Below, piece after piece: positions 18,998 through 28,565 of a stretch of 64,000 bases of DNA. The notes beneath the pieces were generated by a model that saw only the letters and a program-made list of their open reading frames with translations, was not told where the DNA came from and searched no databases. The stretch spans positions 1,945-65,944 of the forward strand of contig JAZNOP010000005.1 of assembly GCA_045580875.1 (NCBI GenBank), in the 5' to 3' direction. This DNA is from Acutalibacteraceae bacterium (lineage in GTDB: Bacteria; Bacillota; Clostridia; Oscillospirales; Acutalibacteraceae). Each line of letters starts with the position of its first letter. Position 1 is the stretch's first letter. The position numbers and the translations under genes were made by a program.

Positions 18998-21365
18998 GAT
19001 AAATATTAAGGCATTTGGCAAGCTGCGCGGTGTAAAGATAACACCGATTGATGGCGTAAATATAATATACGGTGAGAATGAAGCAGGAAAGTCCACTGTC
19101 ATGGCGTTTATTCTTGCCATGTTCTACGGTGTAGGAAAAGGAGAACAGCGCCATCGCTATGATCCGTGGTCGGGCGGAAAGAGCACCGGAATGATTACCT
19201 TCGAGCATGACGGCAAGGAGTATGCCCTTTCCCGTCAGTTTGGGGTAACGCGCTCATCTGACCGAACCGAACTGTGGTGTACAACAAGCGGAGAAAAAAT
19301 TGAACTGCCGGATAAGACTGAACCTGGTGAGTATCTTCTGGGAATCAATAAGGAGACGTTCAGCAACTCGGTGTTTATCGGACAGGCAGGTACAGCAATA
19401 AACGGGGACAACAATGAGATTCTATCCAAGCTCACCAATCTGGCTGCATCGGGCGATGAAACTGCATCAAAGACTGAGATTACCACACGTCTTAGTGAGG
19501 CTGCGGCATCGCTCAGGTCGAGACGTGCAAATGCTATTCTGCCGGCGCTTGAGAAGCAGCGTATGGCTCTGCTTGAAGAGCGTGCAGTTGTGGTAGGGCG
19601 TACATCTGAGGCGGATAACCTGCGCGATGATATCACCAGACTTTCGCACCGTCGCGACCGCCTTTCGGGTGAGCTGGATATCATGCGTCGTCAGAACAGT
19701 CTGAGATCGGATATACGCAGACTGGCACTGCTTGATGATATTATTCAGAAAAAAGCTGCCTGTGATGATGCGCGTGCAAAATATGAAAAGCTTCATGAGA
19801 TGATGTTCTCAGATGAGGGCGGACTGGATTCTCAGTTCCTTGAGGATGCACGCGGACTTCTTGATGGGTATACAAGTCAGCAGGTTGCTATACGTGTAAA
19901 ACAGGAACAGCTCGAAGGCTGTGACCGAAAGCTTGACAAGATCGACCGCAGTCCGCTCGAAAAACTCAGGGTTGTAAAGAAACACGTTCATGATATTTCA
20001 GAGTCACTCGATGATTACACTGCGCTTCGCACACGCCGGTCTGAGCTTGAGCGTGAACTTGAAAACAAGCCGGAGAAGACTGAGCTGCCCGGCAATGTAT
20101 ATTCGATTATAATTGTTGCAGCAGCACTCGCGATGATACTTATCCTGCTTGGTATTGCATGGAGCCCGCTTTGCTACGTGTTTGCAGCACTTGTCGTGCT
20201 GGTGGCCGGTGCATATATCTTCATCAGCAAGAAGGGAATCTCATTCGAGGGACTTCCCGAGGATAATATTGAACTGCAGAATATCACTGCTGACATGAGA
20301 GAAATCAACCGCATAATGCGTCCGGTTCTCGATGAGATGGACGTTGGATCAATGGACGAGCTCGAGACAGTTCTTCATGAGATTGACGGCGTTCATGGAA
20401 AGATAGCTGATCTTCAGCGCGAAAAGGAAGGTATTATTGAAGAACTTTCCTCCATGCGTGAAGAACTGGCGCAGATACTTCAGGCACTCAAGGATAAGCT
20501 TTATCCCTATAAGAATGTTTCTTCTGATGCAGAAGCTGTAAAAATTATTTCTGCACTCGGACGTGCTCAGTGTGATCATGCAGCGCTTGAGTCAAAGTAC
20601 AGGACTGAAGAAGCTTCCTATCTCTCTGCACTTGGAGAGATGGACTATGAGCTTGTATGTGTTGAGGCTGAAGAGCTTCGCGGCAAGCTTGGCGAAAATG
20701 CAGGGTTGAGCGAGGAAACCTTCGATGCAGACCTTGAGGAAAATATAGCAGTGTGTGCAGAGGAACTGGATACAGTAAAGACCGATCTTGTACGAAAAGA
20801 GACCGAGCTTGAAATGATGAACAGCGATCCGCAGACACTGAACAAGCTTGTTGACGAAATAAAGCTTGTTACCTCACGTATCGACCGCTATGAGTTTGAA
20901 TACAATGCCATTCAGGAAGCAATAGATGCTCTGGGTGTTGCATTTGAGTCAATGCAGAAGGACTTCGGTCCGATTATCAACTTTCGTGCAAGCAGAATAG
21001 TCGAATCGCTTACAGGGGAGAAGTATGGCTCGGTGCTTATTTCCGAAGCACTTGTTCCGTCGGTTGCAGAGCCGGGAGGAAGCATAAGAAGTGTCAATGC
21101 GCTAAGCGCAGGTACGGTGGATCAGATATACCTTGCGCTTCGCCTTGCTATATCCGGTATTCTTTCAGAAGAAAACCTGCCGCTGCTGCTTGACGATGCA
21201 TTTGCGCAGTATGATGACAAACGCATGACAGATGCTATCCGTTACCTTGGAACAGAGAATGAGGCCGGACGTCTTGGACAGATAATGCTCTTTACCTGCC
21301 ATGACCGCATACTTTATGCGGCAAAGGAGAACGGTCTGACACGCGGTATTGTTCGTCTGAAATAA
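18984..21365 (+). CDS. Rad50/SbcC-like AAA ATPase with central TM hairpin (YhaN-like)
   Basis: ORF track start is 18936. I prefer ATG 18984 (GGGGAGGT at 18968-18975; 14-nt overlap with the upstream gene). Walker A GENEAGKST, D-loop LLLDDAFAQYD, long coiled-coil arms. Two adjacent hydrophobic helices are encoded at about 20095-20232. Confidence 0.8.
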   Translation: MKITEINIKAFGKLRGVKITPIDGVNIIYGENEAGKSTVMAFILAMFYGVGKGEQRHRYDPWSGGKSTGMITFEHDGKEYALSRQFGVTRSSDRTELWCTTSGEKIELPDKTEPGEYLLGINKETFSNSVFIGQAGTAINGDNNEILSKLTNLAASGDETASKTEITTRLSEAAASLRSRRANAILPALEKQRMALLEERAVVVGRTSEADNLRDDITRLSHRRDRLSGELDIMRRQNSLRSDIRRLALLDDIIQKKAACDDARAKYEKLHEMMFSDEGGLDSQFLEDARGLLDGYTSQQVAIRVKQEQLEGCDRKLDKIDRSPLEKLRVVKKHVHDISESLDDYTALRTRRSELERELENKPEKTELPGNVYSIIIVAAALAMILILLGIAWSPLCYVFAALVVLVAGAYIFISKKGISFEGLPEDNIELQNITADMREINRIMRPVLDEMDVGSMDELETVLHEIDGVHGKIADLQREKEGIIEELSSMREELAQILQALKDKLYPYKNVSSDAEAVKIISALGRAQCDHAALESKYRTEEASYLSALGEMDYELVCVEAEELRGKLGENAGLSEETFDADLEENIAVCAEELDTVKTDLVRKETELEMMNSDPQTLNKLVDEIKLVTSRIDRYEFEYNAIQEAIDALGVAFESMQKDFGPIINFRASRIVESLTGEKYGSVLISEALVPSVAEPGGSIRSVNALSAGTVDQIYLALRLAISGILSEENLPLLLDDAFAQYDDKRMTDAIRYLGTENEAGRLGQIMLFTCHDRILYAAKENGLTRGIVRLK

Positions 21366-21371
21366 ATGAAA

Positions 21372-21426
21372 ACAGCAGAGTCCGGGTGCTTTCCGTTGAT
21401 TGATCCGGATTCTGCTGTATTTTTAT
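21372..21426 (+). terminator. intrinsic terminator after the ATPase gene
   Basis: ACAGCAGAGTCCGG (21372-21385) pairs with CCGGATTCTGCTGT (21405-21418), with one G-U pair. ATTTTTATT follows. Confidence 0.8.
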
Positions 21427-21582
21427 TGTCTTTTGTTATAACAAATGTATTTATCAAATTAAAAATTTATGCCCTTTTCCATTTTTGTAAAATTTTGAAA
21501 ATAGCCTTTACTTTCGCGCAATATAGTGTTAAAATGTTAAATTGTTAACGCATTATATAATTAAACTAATCAGAGGTGTAAT

Positions 21583-21909
21583 ATGGCTAGCGAAAATAAG
21601 GACAGAAATATTGATTTTATGCTTTCGGCAATTCTTAAGCTGGAAACACTTGATGAATGCTATAAGTTCTTCGAGGATCTCTGCACAGGTCCTGAGCTCA
21701 AGGCAATGTCTCAGCGTGTAGCTGTTGCTCATATGCTCAAGAATGGCTGGGTTTACAGTGAGATAGTCAGCAAGACCGGCGCATCCACTGCAACAATCAG
21801 CCGTGTCAGCCGCTCTCTTAATCAGTACAGCCGCGGCGGATATGATCTTGTGTTCGGCAGACTTTCTGAAGAAGAGCTTGCAATGCTTCCGCAGAAGAGT
21901 GAAGAATAA
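21583..21909 (+). CDS. YerC/YecD-type TrpR-like DNA-binding protein
   Basis: 108 aa. Pattern LETLDECYKFFEDLCT...ELKAMSQR...GASTATISRVSR is typical of the family. AGAGGTG SD. Confidence 0.75.
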   Translation: MASENKDRNIDFMLSAILKLETLDECYKFFEDLCTGPELKAMSQRVAVAHMLKNGWVYSEIVSKTGASTATISRVSRSLNQYSRGGYDLVFGRLSEEELAMLPQKSEE

Positions 21910-22643
21910 TGAGCTACAGCGTTTTTGCGCAGTATTATGATGTTCTGACAGATAACGTGGAATACAGTAAAAAGGCGCGGTACCTTGATGGTATCCTCCG
22001 GAAATACAAGCCCGGCTGCTCGCTGATCGTTGATCTTGCCTGTGGTACGGGCAGTCTTTCTGTCAGGCTTGCTGAAATGGGCTATGACGTTATCGGAGTG
22101 GATATATCACCGGATATGCTCATGGAAGCACGAATGAAGTCCCCGCCTGAGATACTGTATCTCTGTCAGCCGATGCAGAAGCTTGACCTGTACGGTACAG
22201 TTGATGCTGTGGTATGTGTGCTTGACAGTGTAAATCACGTTACGCAGCAGGAAGTGCTTCAGGAAGCGTTCAGGAGAGTTTCACTGTTCCTCGAACCTGA
22301 CGGGGTGTTTGTTTTTGATGCGAATACGCCATACAAGCACAGCAGCGTACTTGCGTCAAATACATTTGTTTATGATACTGAAAAGGTGTTCTGTGTATGG
22401 CAGAATCAACCGGGAGAAGACGGTCTGGTCAGTATAAACCTGGATTTCTTTGAGAATGAAGATGGTGTGTATTATCGCAGCAGTGAGAGTTTCTGCGAAC
22501 GGGCTTATCCTCATGATCTGCTGAGTTCGATGATTGATGAGGCTGGTATGGAAATATGTGAAGAATATGATGACTATACCGATTCAAAACCAGACGAACA
22601 GACCGAAAGAATAGTTTATATTTGCAGAAAGAAGGCGAAATAA
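21909..22643 (+). CDS. class I SAM-dependent methyltransferase
   Basis: 244 aa. Motif I VDLACGTG. Start overlaps the upstream stop (TAATG). Confidence 0.8.
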   Translation: MSYSVFAQYYDVLTDNVEYSKKARYLDGILRKYKPGCSLIVDLACGTGSLSVRLAEMGYDVIGVDISPDMLMEARMKSPPEILYLCQPMQKLDLYGTVDAVVCVLDSVNHVTQQEVLQEAFRRVSLFLEPDGVFVFDANTPYKHSSVLASNTFVYDTEKVFCVWQNQPGEDGLVSINLDFFENEDGVYYRSSESFCERAYPHDLLSSMIDEAGMEICEEYDDYTDSKPDEQTERIVYICRKKAK

Positions 22644-23533
22644 TGGGACTCCTGCAGAAATGTATTACATCTGACGGTCTTGTAATGGCCGCTTTTTTGG
22701 ATTCAACTGATATTGTACTGGAAGCACAGCGTATACATAAGTGCACACCGGTAGCAATTGCTGCGCTTGGCAGACTGCTGACCGGAGCGTCGATTATGGG
22801 CAACAAGCTTAAAGAAGAAGAGGCTTCACTGACAGTAAGAGCCGGAGGAACAGGTCCGCTTGGTGCTCTTATTGCGGTATCTGACAGTGACGGCAATGTC
22901 CGTGGCTATGCGCAGAATCCCGGATTACTGCTTTCACCGGATGCTGAGGGCAGGCTTGATATTTCCGGTGCAGTAGGAAAGGATGGACAGCTTGCTGTCA
23001 TTAAGGATTACGGCGCAGGTCAGCCGTGGTCGGCACAGATTCCTTTTGTCACGGGAGAGATATCAGAGGATATCACTGCGTATTATGCAATCAGCGAGCA
23101 GGTTGCAACAGTGCTTTCGCTTGGTGTTCATTTTGACAGGCTTTGGCATGTTGATTTTGCGGGCGGACTCATTATACAGCTTCTGCCTGCAGCGGACGAA
23201 AGAGAAATCGTCAAGCTTGAGGCAACGCTGAAAGGCATGCCTCCCGTTGAAGAGATGATGGCGCAGGGAATGTCTGCGCGTGATATACTTACCCGTGCGC
23301 TGGAAGGTTTTGAGGTTGAGTTCTTTGATGAGGAGAAAACCTCATATCGCTGCAACTGTTCTATTTCGCGTGTACGCCGTGCGCTGCTTACGCTTGGTGC
23401 GGAGGATATTCGCGGACTGGCAGGAGAAGATGATCACGCACAGATAGAATGTCACTTCTGCGACAAGAAGTATACCCTTTCAAAACAGGAGCTTCACGAA
23501 CTTGCGTGTGTTGCTGAAGCGGCAAAACAGTAG
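22643..23533 (+). CDS. hslO: Hsp33 redox-regulated chaperone
   Basis: ORF track start is 22622. I prefer ATG 22643 (TAATG overlap with the methyltransferase stop). C-terminal zinc centre CNCS...CHFCDKKY. Confidence 0.85.
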   Translation: MGLLQKCITSDGLVMAAFLDSTDIVLEAQRIHKCTPVAIAALGRLLTGASIMGNKLKEEEASLTVRAGGTGPLGALIAVSDSDGNVRGYAQNPGLLLSPDAEGRLDISGAVGKDGQLAVIKDYGAGQPWSAQIPFVTGEISEDITAYYAISEQVATVLSLGVHFDRLWHVDFAGGLIIQLLPAADEREIVKLEATLKGMPPVEEMMAQGMSARDILTRALEGFEVEFFDEEKTSYRCNCSISRVRRALLTLGAEDIRGLAGEDDHAQIECHFCDKKYTLSKQELHELACVAEAAKQ

Positions 23534-23544
23534 TATTCAATAAT

Positions 23545-23592
23545 AAAAAAAACAACACCGGTCAGTGCAAATGAGCATTGACCGGTGTTTTG
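23545..23592. terminator. bidirectional intrinsic terminator (hslO / response regulator)
   Basis: 14-bp stem ACACCGGTCAGTGC (23555-23568) / GCATTGACCGGTGT (23575-23588). A-run upstream, T-run downstream. Confidence 0.85.
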
Positions 23593-23605
23593 TAATATTT
23601 AAGAT

Positions 23606-24283
23606 TTATTGTGTAATGTCGGTAAGTCTGTATCCGACACCGCGTACAGTCTCAACAAGCTCTCCGTTTTCTCCAAGCTTCTGACGCAGGGTTCTGATAT
23701 GTACATCTACAGTACGGTTTTCACCGTCATAATCATATCCCCACACACTGCTGAGAATAACGTCGCGCGTAAATACATTTCCAGGTTTTGATGCAAGCAG
23801 CATAAGAAGCTGATATTCTTTAAGAGTGAGGGAGACATTGCTGCCACCGGAGCGAACACTTCTTCGCGCCGGACTTATCGTCAGTGTTCCAATGTGTATA
23901 TCCTTGATGTTGGAGCGTGATTCAGCACGGCGTAGTACTGCCTTGACGCGGGATATCAGCTCCATTATGCCAAAAGGCTTGACAACATAATCATCAGCAC
24001 CGAGGTCAAGGCCGGTAACCTTGTCAAATTCAGAGCTTTTTGCCGTAAGAAGTATTACCGGAAGCTCGAATGTAGCATTAACTGAGCGTAGCTTTTTCAG
24101 AATCTCAAGACCGTCTTCCTCGGGCAGCATAATATCGAGCAGCAGCAGGGAAGGAATCTCATTTTCGAGCGCTTTCCAGAATTCTGAAGGACGCTCAAAA
24201 CCGGCGGTCTCATATCCGGCGCTGCTAAGAGCGTAAGCTGTGAGCTCTCGTATATTGGTGTCATCTTCCAGCAGATATATCAT
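23606..24283 (-). CDS. OmpR/PhoB-family response regulator
   Basis: 225 aa. Receiver domain (LLLDIMLPEEDG) and winged helix (RTVDVHIRTLRQKL...VRGVGYRL). No kinase gene is adjacent. Confidence 0.9.
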   Translation of the reverse strand: MIYLLEDDTNIRELTAYALSSAGYETAGFERPSEFWKALENEIPSLLLLDIMLPEEDGLEILKKLRSVNATFELPVILLTAKSSEFDKVTGLDLGADDYVVKPFGIMELISRVKAVLRRAESRSNIKDIHIGTLTISPARRSVRSGGSNVSLTLKEYQLLMLLASKPGNVFTRDVILSSVWGYDYDGENRTVDVHIRTLRQKLGENGELVETVRGVGYRLTDITQ

Positions 24284-24411
24284 GACTTACCCTCCGGTGC
24301 GAAACAGTTTGTTCAATTGATTATAACACCTGTTAATTGACAAATCAAGTTCTACAAAAATTCGGAATATTGTGTATATGTTGATATAATCATACATTTA
24401 GGGGCATTATA

Positions 24412-24440
24412 TTGACAAAATGTTATGATAAGGATATAAT
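24412..24440 (+). promoter_or_regulatory. consensus sigma-A promoter upstream of the LCP gene
   Basis: TTGACA (24412-24417), 17-nt spacer, TATAAT (24435-24440). Confidence 0.6.
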
Positions 24441-24539
24441 ATACAAATAAGTATAATGTATAGCTATGCCCATATATTGCTTGTTTTAATATTAACGAAA
24501 TCGAAAAATTTATGCCCTGTTAATATTGTGAGGTGCAAA

Positions 24540-25883
24540 ATGGATAGAGATTCAAACAGATCAAGATATTCGAATAATAATATTGACCGCAATCAAAGAA
24601 GAGGTTCGGCTGGATATAACAACAGCGGATATTCGTCAAACGATGGCGGCAGACAGTACAGAAGACCTGCTGAGAGATCAGGTATGACTTCGCAGAGAAG
24701 TACTCAGAGCCGCATGAATAATGCTCCGCGTGCAGCGGCGCGTCCGACATGGCAGAGCGACAGAAGCATAAACTGGCTTGTCGATTCCGGTAATGGAAAC
24801 AGCAACAGAAAAAAGTGGATAATTGCCGGCGTTTCAGTTCTGGTGGTGCTGCTCATTATTGTCGGTATTGTTCTTGGATATGCATCATGTATTCTCGGAA
24901 AGATTGATTATATGAGTGATGAAGAACTTGCTATCCCTGATAACCTTGACAGCATAGTTCTTGAGGATGACGATGTCACAAGCGCATCAGACACAATAGA
25001 TGATACACAGAAAGAACAGATTGATACCGGTATTAAGGAGAGTGTTGTTGGTGATGATGGTCTCCGTTATGAAGATGGAGTCACCAATATTCTTGTCCTT
25101 GGTATGGATGCACGTCGCGTTACATCAAACCGTTCACGCTCTGATGTAATTATAATTGTGTCGATAAATGAAAATTCCAAGAAGATAGTTCTTTCGTCCA
25201 TAATGCGAGATACCTACGTGTCGATTCCGGGACGAAGCGGAAATGATAAGATAAATGCAGCAAGTGCATACGGCGGTCCCGCTCTTACTGTTGACACTGT
25301 TGAGGGTGCGTTCGGAATAAAGATAGACCATTTTGTTGTGGTTAATTTCTATTCCTTCATGGATATTGTTGATGCTCTTGGCGGCGTTACTGTTGAAATC
25401 AACTCCGGTGAAAAGAAGGTTCTTAATACCTATATCGAGGAAATAAACAGAGTAAACGGTCTGCCTTTGGGCGACGGCAAGCTTAACACAACCGGCGATG
25501 CAGTTCATCTTACCGGTAAGCAGGCAATGGGTTACGTCAGAATCCGTTACTCCGGAAACGGTGATTATGAGAGAACAGAACGTCAGCGTGAGGTTCTGGA
25601 GCAGCTCATCCAGAAGGCACGTCAGGCTGACTATTCCACTTTGATTTCTCTTGTCGATGATGTTGCAAGCAATGTATCAACTGATTACAGCATGAGCGAG
25701 ATCACCTCCCTTGCGATGAATGCGACAAAGTATATCGATTATGATATTTCGCAGATCAGAATTCCAGCTGACGGCACATTCTGGAGTGGAATATATAAAG
25801 GTGTATGGATTCTTGATATAAACTTTGAAGAAAACCGCGAAATGCTTTACAAGGCAATTTTTGACAATTACGGCAACGAATGA
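24540..25883 (+). CDS. LytR-CpsA-Psr (LCP) family glycopolymer ligase
   Basis: ORF track start is 24456. I prefer ATG 24540 (TGAGGTG SD). It has a ~115-aa N/S/R-rich cytoplasmic head, one TM helix, and the LCP core ILVLGMDAR...RSDVIIIVSIN...SIMRDTYV. Confidence 0.85.
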   Translation: MDRDSNRSRYSNNNIDRNQRRGSAGYNNSGYSSNDGGRQYRRPAERSGMTSQRSTQSRMNNAPRAAARPTWQSDRSINWLVDSGNGNSNRKKWIIAGVSVLVVLLIIVGIVLGYASCILGKIDYMSDEELAIPDNLDSIVLEDDDVTSASDTIDDTQKEQIDTGIKESVVGDDGLRYEDGVTNILVLGMDARRVTSNRSRSDVIIIVSINENSKKIVLSSIMRDTYVSIPGRSGNDKINAASAYGGPALTVDTVEGAFGIKIDHFVVVNFYSFMDIVDALGGVTVEINSGEKKVLNTYIEEINRVNGLPLGDGKLNTTGDAVHLTGKQAMGYVRIRYSGNGDYERTERQREVLEQLIQKARQADYSTLISLVDDVASNVSTDYSMSEITSLAMNATKYIDYDISQIRIPADGTFWSGIYKGVWILDINFEENREMLYKAIFDNYGNE

Positions 25884-26086
25884 TTTAAAGCGCTTCTATT
25901 TCCATATATACCACTTATTTTTTATTGAAAATCTGAAATACCGAATTTATAATAATACAGGCTTGCGAATTTCAGATATCCTACAGCCAACTGAGTGAAT
26001 GCAGATGACAGATTGTCAGCTTCCCTTACTGTACTGAAGTCAGGTGCAGTAAGGGGGCGGCAAAAAGAAAGAGGAATATACATAAT

Positions 26087-26887
26087 ATGGTAACAAATAC
26101 TGAAAATAAGGATATTCAGACAACAAGAGTGTCGGCAGAAGAGTGCGAAGCAGAATGTGCTGTTGATACCCCTGAAGAAATCGATGTTCTTCAGCTCAGT
26201 GAGGAAGAACAGATTGAAATGCTTCGTCAGATGCAACCGACCATAATAAAGGTTTGCCGTGATGCGGTAAAGCCGAAGCCCTTCTATGCTGTGGCTAAGA
26301 GAGCATTTGATATTGTTGCTTCCGCTGTTGGTCTTGTCCTGCTTTCTCCGGTTTTTGCGATTATAGCGCATAAAATACGTAAAGAAAGCCCCGGACCTGC
26401 CTTTTTTAAGCAGAAGAGAGTCGGTAAAAACGGCGAAGTTTTCATGATGTATAAGTTCCGCAGTATGTATATAGATGCAGAGGAGCGCATTGCAGAAGTA
26501 ATGGTTAACAATATAGGTAAGAATTCTCTGCTTTTCAAATCTGAAAATGATGACCGAATCACCCCGATGGGAAACAAGATTCGTGATAACAGCATTGATG
26601 AGCTGCCGCAGCTTATTAATATTCTTCGCGGTGAGATGAGCTTTGTCGGTCCAAGACCTCCGCTGATCAGAGAGGTCATTCAGTATGAAGATCATCAGAC
26701 TGTGCGCCTTGCTGTAAAGGGCGGTCTTACTGGTTTCTGGCAGATTACAGGACGAAATGATGCTGATTTTGATTTCTGCCTTGAGCAGGATAAAAAATAT
26801 ATGCAGAAGCGTAATTTCTGGCTTGACCTCTGGCTGGTTATAAAAACCGTGTTTGGTGTCATAGGCGGCAAGATAAGCGGCAGATAA
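26087..26887 (+). CDS. undecaprenyl-phosphate sugar-1-phosphate transferase (bacterial sugar transferase family)
   Basis: 266 aa. Motifs KRAFDIV, GPAFFKQKRVGKNG, MYKFRSM, PQLINILRGEMSFVGPRP. Confidence 0.9.
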   Translation: MVTNTENKDIQTTRVSAEECEAECAVDTPEEIDVLQLSEEEQIEMLRQMQPTIIKVCRDAVKPKPFYAVAKRAFDIVASAVGLVLLSPVFAIIAHKIRKESPGPAFFKQKRVGKNGEVFMMYKFRSMYIDAEERIAEVMVNNIGKNSLLFKSENDDRITPMGNKIRDNSIDELPQLINILRGEMSFVGPRPPLIREVIQYEDHQTVRLAVKGGLTGFWQITGRNDADFDFCLEQDKKYMQKRNFWLDLWLVIKTVFGVIGGKISGR

Positions 26888-26909
26888 ATTATCCATTAAT
26901 ATAAATAAT

Positions 26910-26952
26910 CCCCGGCTGATGGAATTAAAACCTTCAGCCGGGGTTCTTTTTT
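26910..26952. terminator. bidirectional intrinsic terminator (sugar transferase / znuB)
   Basis: CCCCGGCTGA (26910-26919) pairs with TCAGCCGGGG (26934-26943). A T-run follows at 26945-26952. Confidence 0.8.
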
Positions 26953-26953
26953 G

Positions 26954-27859
26954 CTATGCGTTTTTATTTGGAATATACGATTTTACAGTGTTCATTACTC
27001 CGGTGCAGATGTCACGGACTGCTTTGTTTTGCATAAGCACAGAGACAATAGAAAAAAGTATAAAAGCGACAAGGTTGACGGCAGCTACCGATGCGCCTGT
27101 CTGCCATGATTGAACACAGGCGGCGAAAAATCCTATGATATAGCATACAACAGAGACGATTGCAGAGCAGATTACCACTGAACGGAAACTCTTACAAACA
27201 CGCATAGAAGTGAGTGGAGGGAAGATGATGAGTGCAGATATCATTATGGCTCCCATCAGTTTCATTCCAAGGACTATAGTGACCGCAGTGAAAATTGAAA
27301 TCAGAAGCTTGTAAATGTCAGCGCGTATACCGGTTGCCTGTGCAAAGGTTTCGTCGAAAGTTACTGTAAATATTTTTGTGTAAAAGATTATAAAAAATGA
27401 AAGAACGAGCACCGAAAGAATTATGCTCATAATGAGATCTTTTGTTCCTATGGTAATGATCGATGCAGAGCCGAAAAGACTGTTGCATACGTCATTGCTC
27501 CGGTTGCCTGAATAATTGAATATCAGGCTGCCTACTGCCATTGCTCCGGTTGAAAAAACAGCGAGTAAAGCATCACCTTTGACCTTGCTGTTTTCTCCGA
27601 GCTTAAGCAGAAAGAAAGCTGCAGCAACTACGATAGGAATCGAGATTTCAAGGGACCAGTCTCCAAGATCCAGTACTGTTGCTACTGCAAGCGCACCGAA
27701 TCCGACGTGTGACAGTCCGTCGCCAATCATTGAAAGACGCTTGAGTACGAGGCTTATTCCGAGTAAAGAGGAACAGAGGGATACAAGTACGCCTACGATA
27801 AGTGCGTTGACGACGATTTTTGTGATATATGGATTTGAGAATATATCAGTGAGCGACAT
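26954..27859 (-). CDS. znuB: metal (zinc-type) ABC transporter permease, ABC-3 family
   Basis: 301 aa, about 8-9 hydrophobic helices. Last gene of the zur-led operon. Overlaps the ATPase gene by 14 nt. Confidence 0.8.
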   Translation of the reverse strand: MSLTDIFSNPYITKIVVNALIVGVLVSLCSSLLGISLVLKRLSMIGDGLSHVGFGALAVATVLDLGDWSLEISIPIVVAAAFFLLKLGENSKVKGDALLAVFSTGAMAVGSLIFNYSGNRSNDVCNSLFGSASIITIGTKDLIMSIILSVLVLSFFIIFYTKIFTVTFDETFAQATGIRADIYKLLISIFTAVTIVLGMKLMGAIMISALIIFPPLTSMRVCKSFRSVVICSAIVSVVCYIIGFFAACVQSWQTGASVAAVNLVAFILFSIVSVLMQNKAVRDICTGVMNTVKSYIPNKNA

Positions 27860-28565
27860 CAGTTCCGCCTCCTTTCACCTTGGCTTTGAGAGAATCGGGA
27901 TTGTAATCCTTTGTTGCACCAAAGAAAAGAGGCTCGTGGTGCAGGTGCAGAACGTGAGTAGAATCATTGATAACAGCTTTGATATCGTGAGATATCATTA
28001 TAACGGTAATACCTTGTTTTTGGTTAAGCATACGTACCACATCGTACATTTCCTCGGTGGCGGCAGGATCAAGACCGGCGACAGGCTCGTCCATCAGGAG
28101 CAGCTTTGATGTAGCACACAGGGCGCGTGCAAGGAGTACTCGTTGCTGCTGACCACCTGAAAGCTCCTGAAAACTTCTGCTTGAAAGTTCAGAGATTCCA
28201 AGCATATTAATATTTTCGGCGGCCCGTTTTTTATCCTCAGCTGAATAGAATGGCAGCCAGCCGCGACGATTGAGTGTTCCTGAGAGTACGATTTCACTTA
28301 CTGATGCAGGAAAATCACGCTGTATGTTTGATTGTTGGGGGAGGTAGCCTATTTCGTTGTGTTTGAGTTCGTTGCCGTATTCGATCGAACCTCCGCTTAT
28401 ACGGTGTAAGCCAAGGAGTGCTTTCATAAGCGTTGTTTTGCCGGAGCCATTTTCGCCAACAATGCACAGATAATCTCCGGCGTTAACATTGAACGAAAGA
28501 TTTTCAACCACAGTATTTCCGTCGTAGGAAAGACTTACATTTTTGCATTTGATCAGTGAGTTCAA
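27846..28565 (-). CDS. znuC: metal ABC transporter ATP-binding protein
   Basis: 239 aa. Walker A GENGSGKTT, signature LSGGQQQR, Walker B LLLMDEP. Confidence 0.88.
   Translation of the reverse strand: MNSLIKCKNVSLSYDGNTVVENLSFNVNAGDYLCIVGENGSGKTTLMKALLGLHRISGGSIEYGNELKHNEIGYLPQQSNIQRDFPASVSEIVLSGTLNRRGWLPFYSAEDKKRAAENINMLGISELSSRSFQELSGGQQQRVLLARALCATSKLLLMDEPVAGLDPAATEEMYDVVRMLNQKQGITVIMISHDIKAVINDSTHVLHLHHEPLFFGATKDYNPDSLKAKVKGGGTDVAH

Noticed and set aside
17864-21365. SbcD-like nuclease plus coiled-coil ATPase as a phage-defence system (Lamassu/Wadjet/PARIS-like)
   Set aside because: The motifs and gene order fit the conserved housekeeping-type YhaO/YhaN pair. There are no accessory effector genes, no mobile-element context, and the neighbours are core genes. 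It is kept only as a structural curiosity.
21527-21548. Three TGTTAA hexamers at an 8-nt period upstream of the yerC-like gene (same hexamer as the Pho box)
   Set aside because: An 8-nt spacing does not fit OmpR-family binding. The first copy is part of an extended -10 (TGTTAAAAT). The run is likely promoter sequence in an AT-rich context.
26023-26055. 9-bp stem-loop (CCCTTACTG / CAGTAAGGG) in the leader of the sugar transferase gene
   Set aside because: It has no U-tract, no alternative pairing that I could see, and no recognisable riboswitch core. It is too weak to report as a regulator.
25922-26896. 324-aa minus-strand ORF
   Set aside because: It is entirely antisense to the sugar transferase gene, which carries unmistakable family motifs. 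It has a low-complexity F/I/L/N-rich product and no SD.
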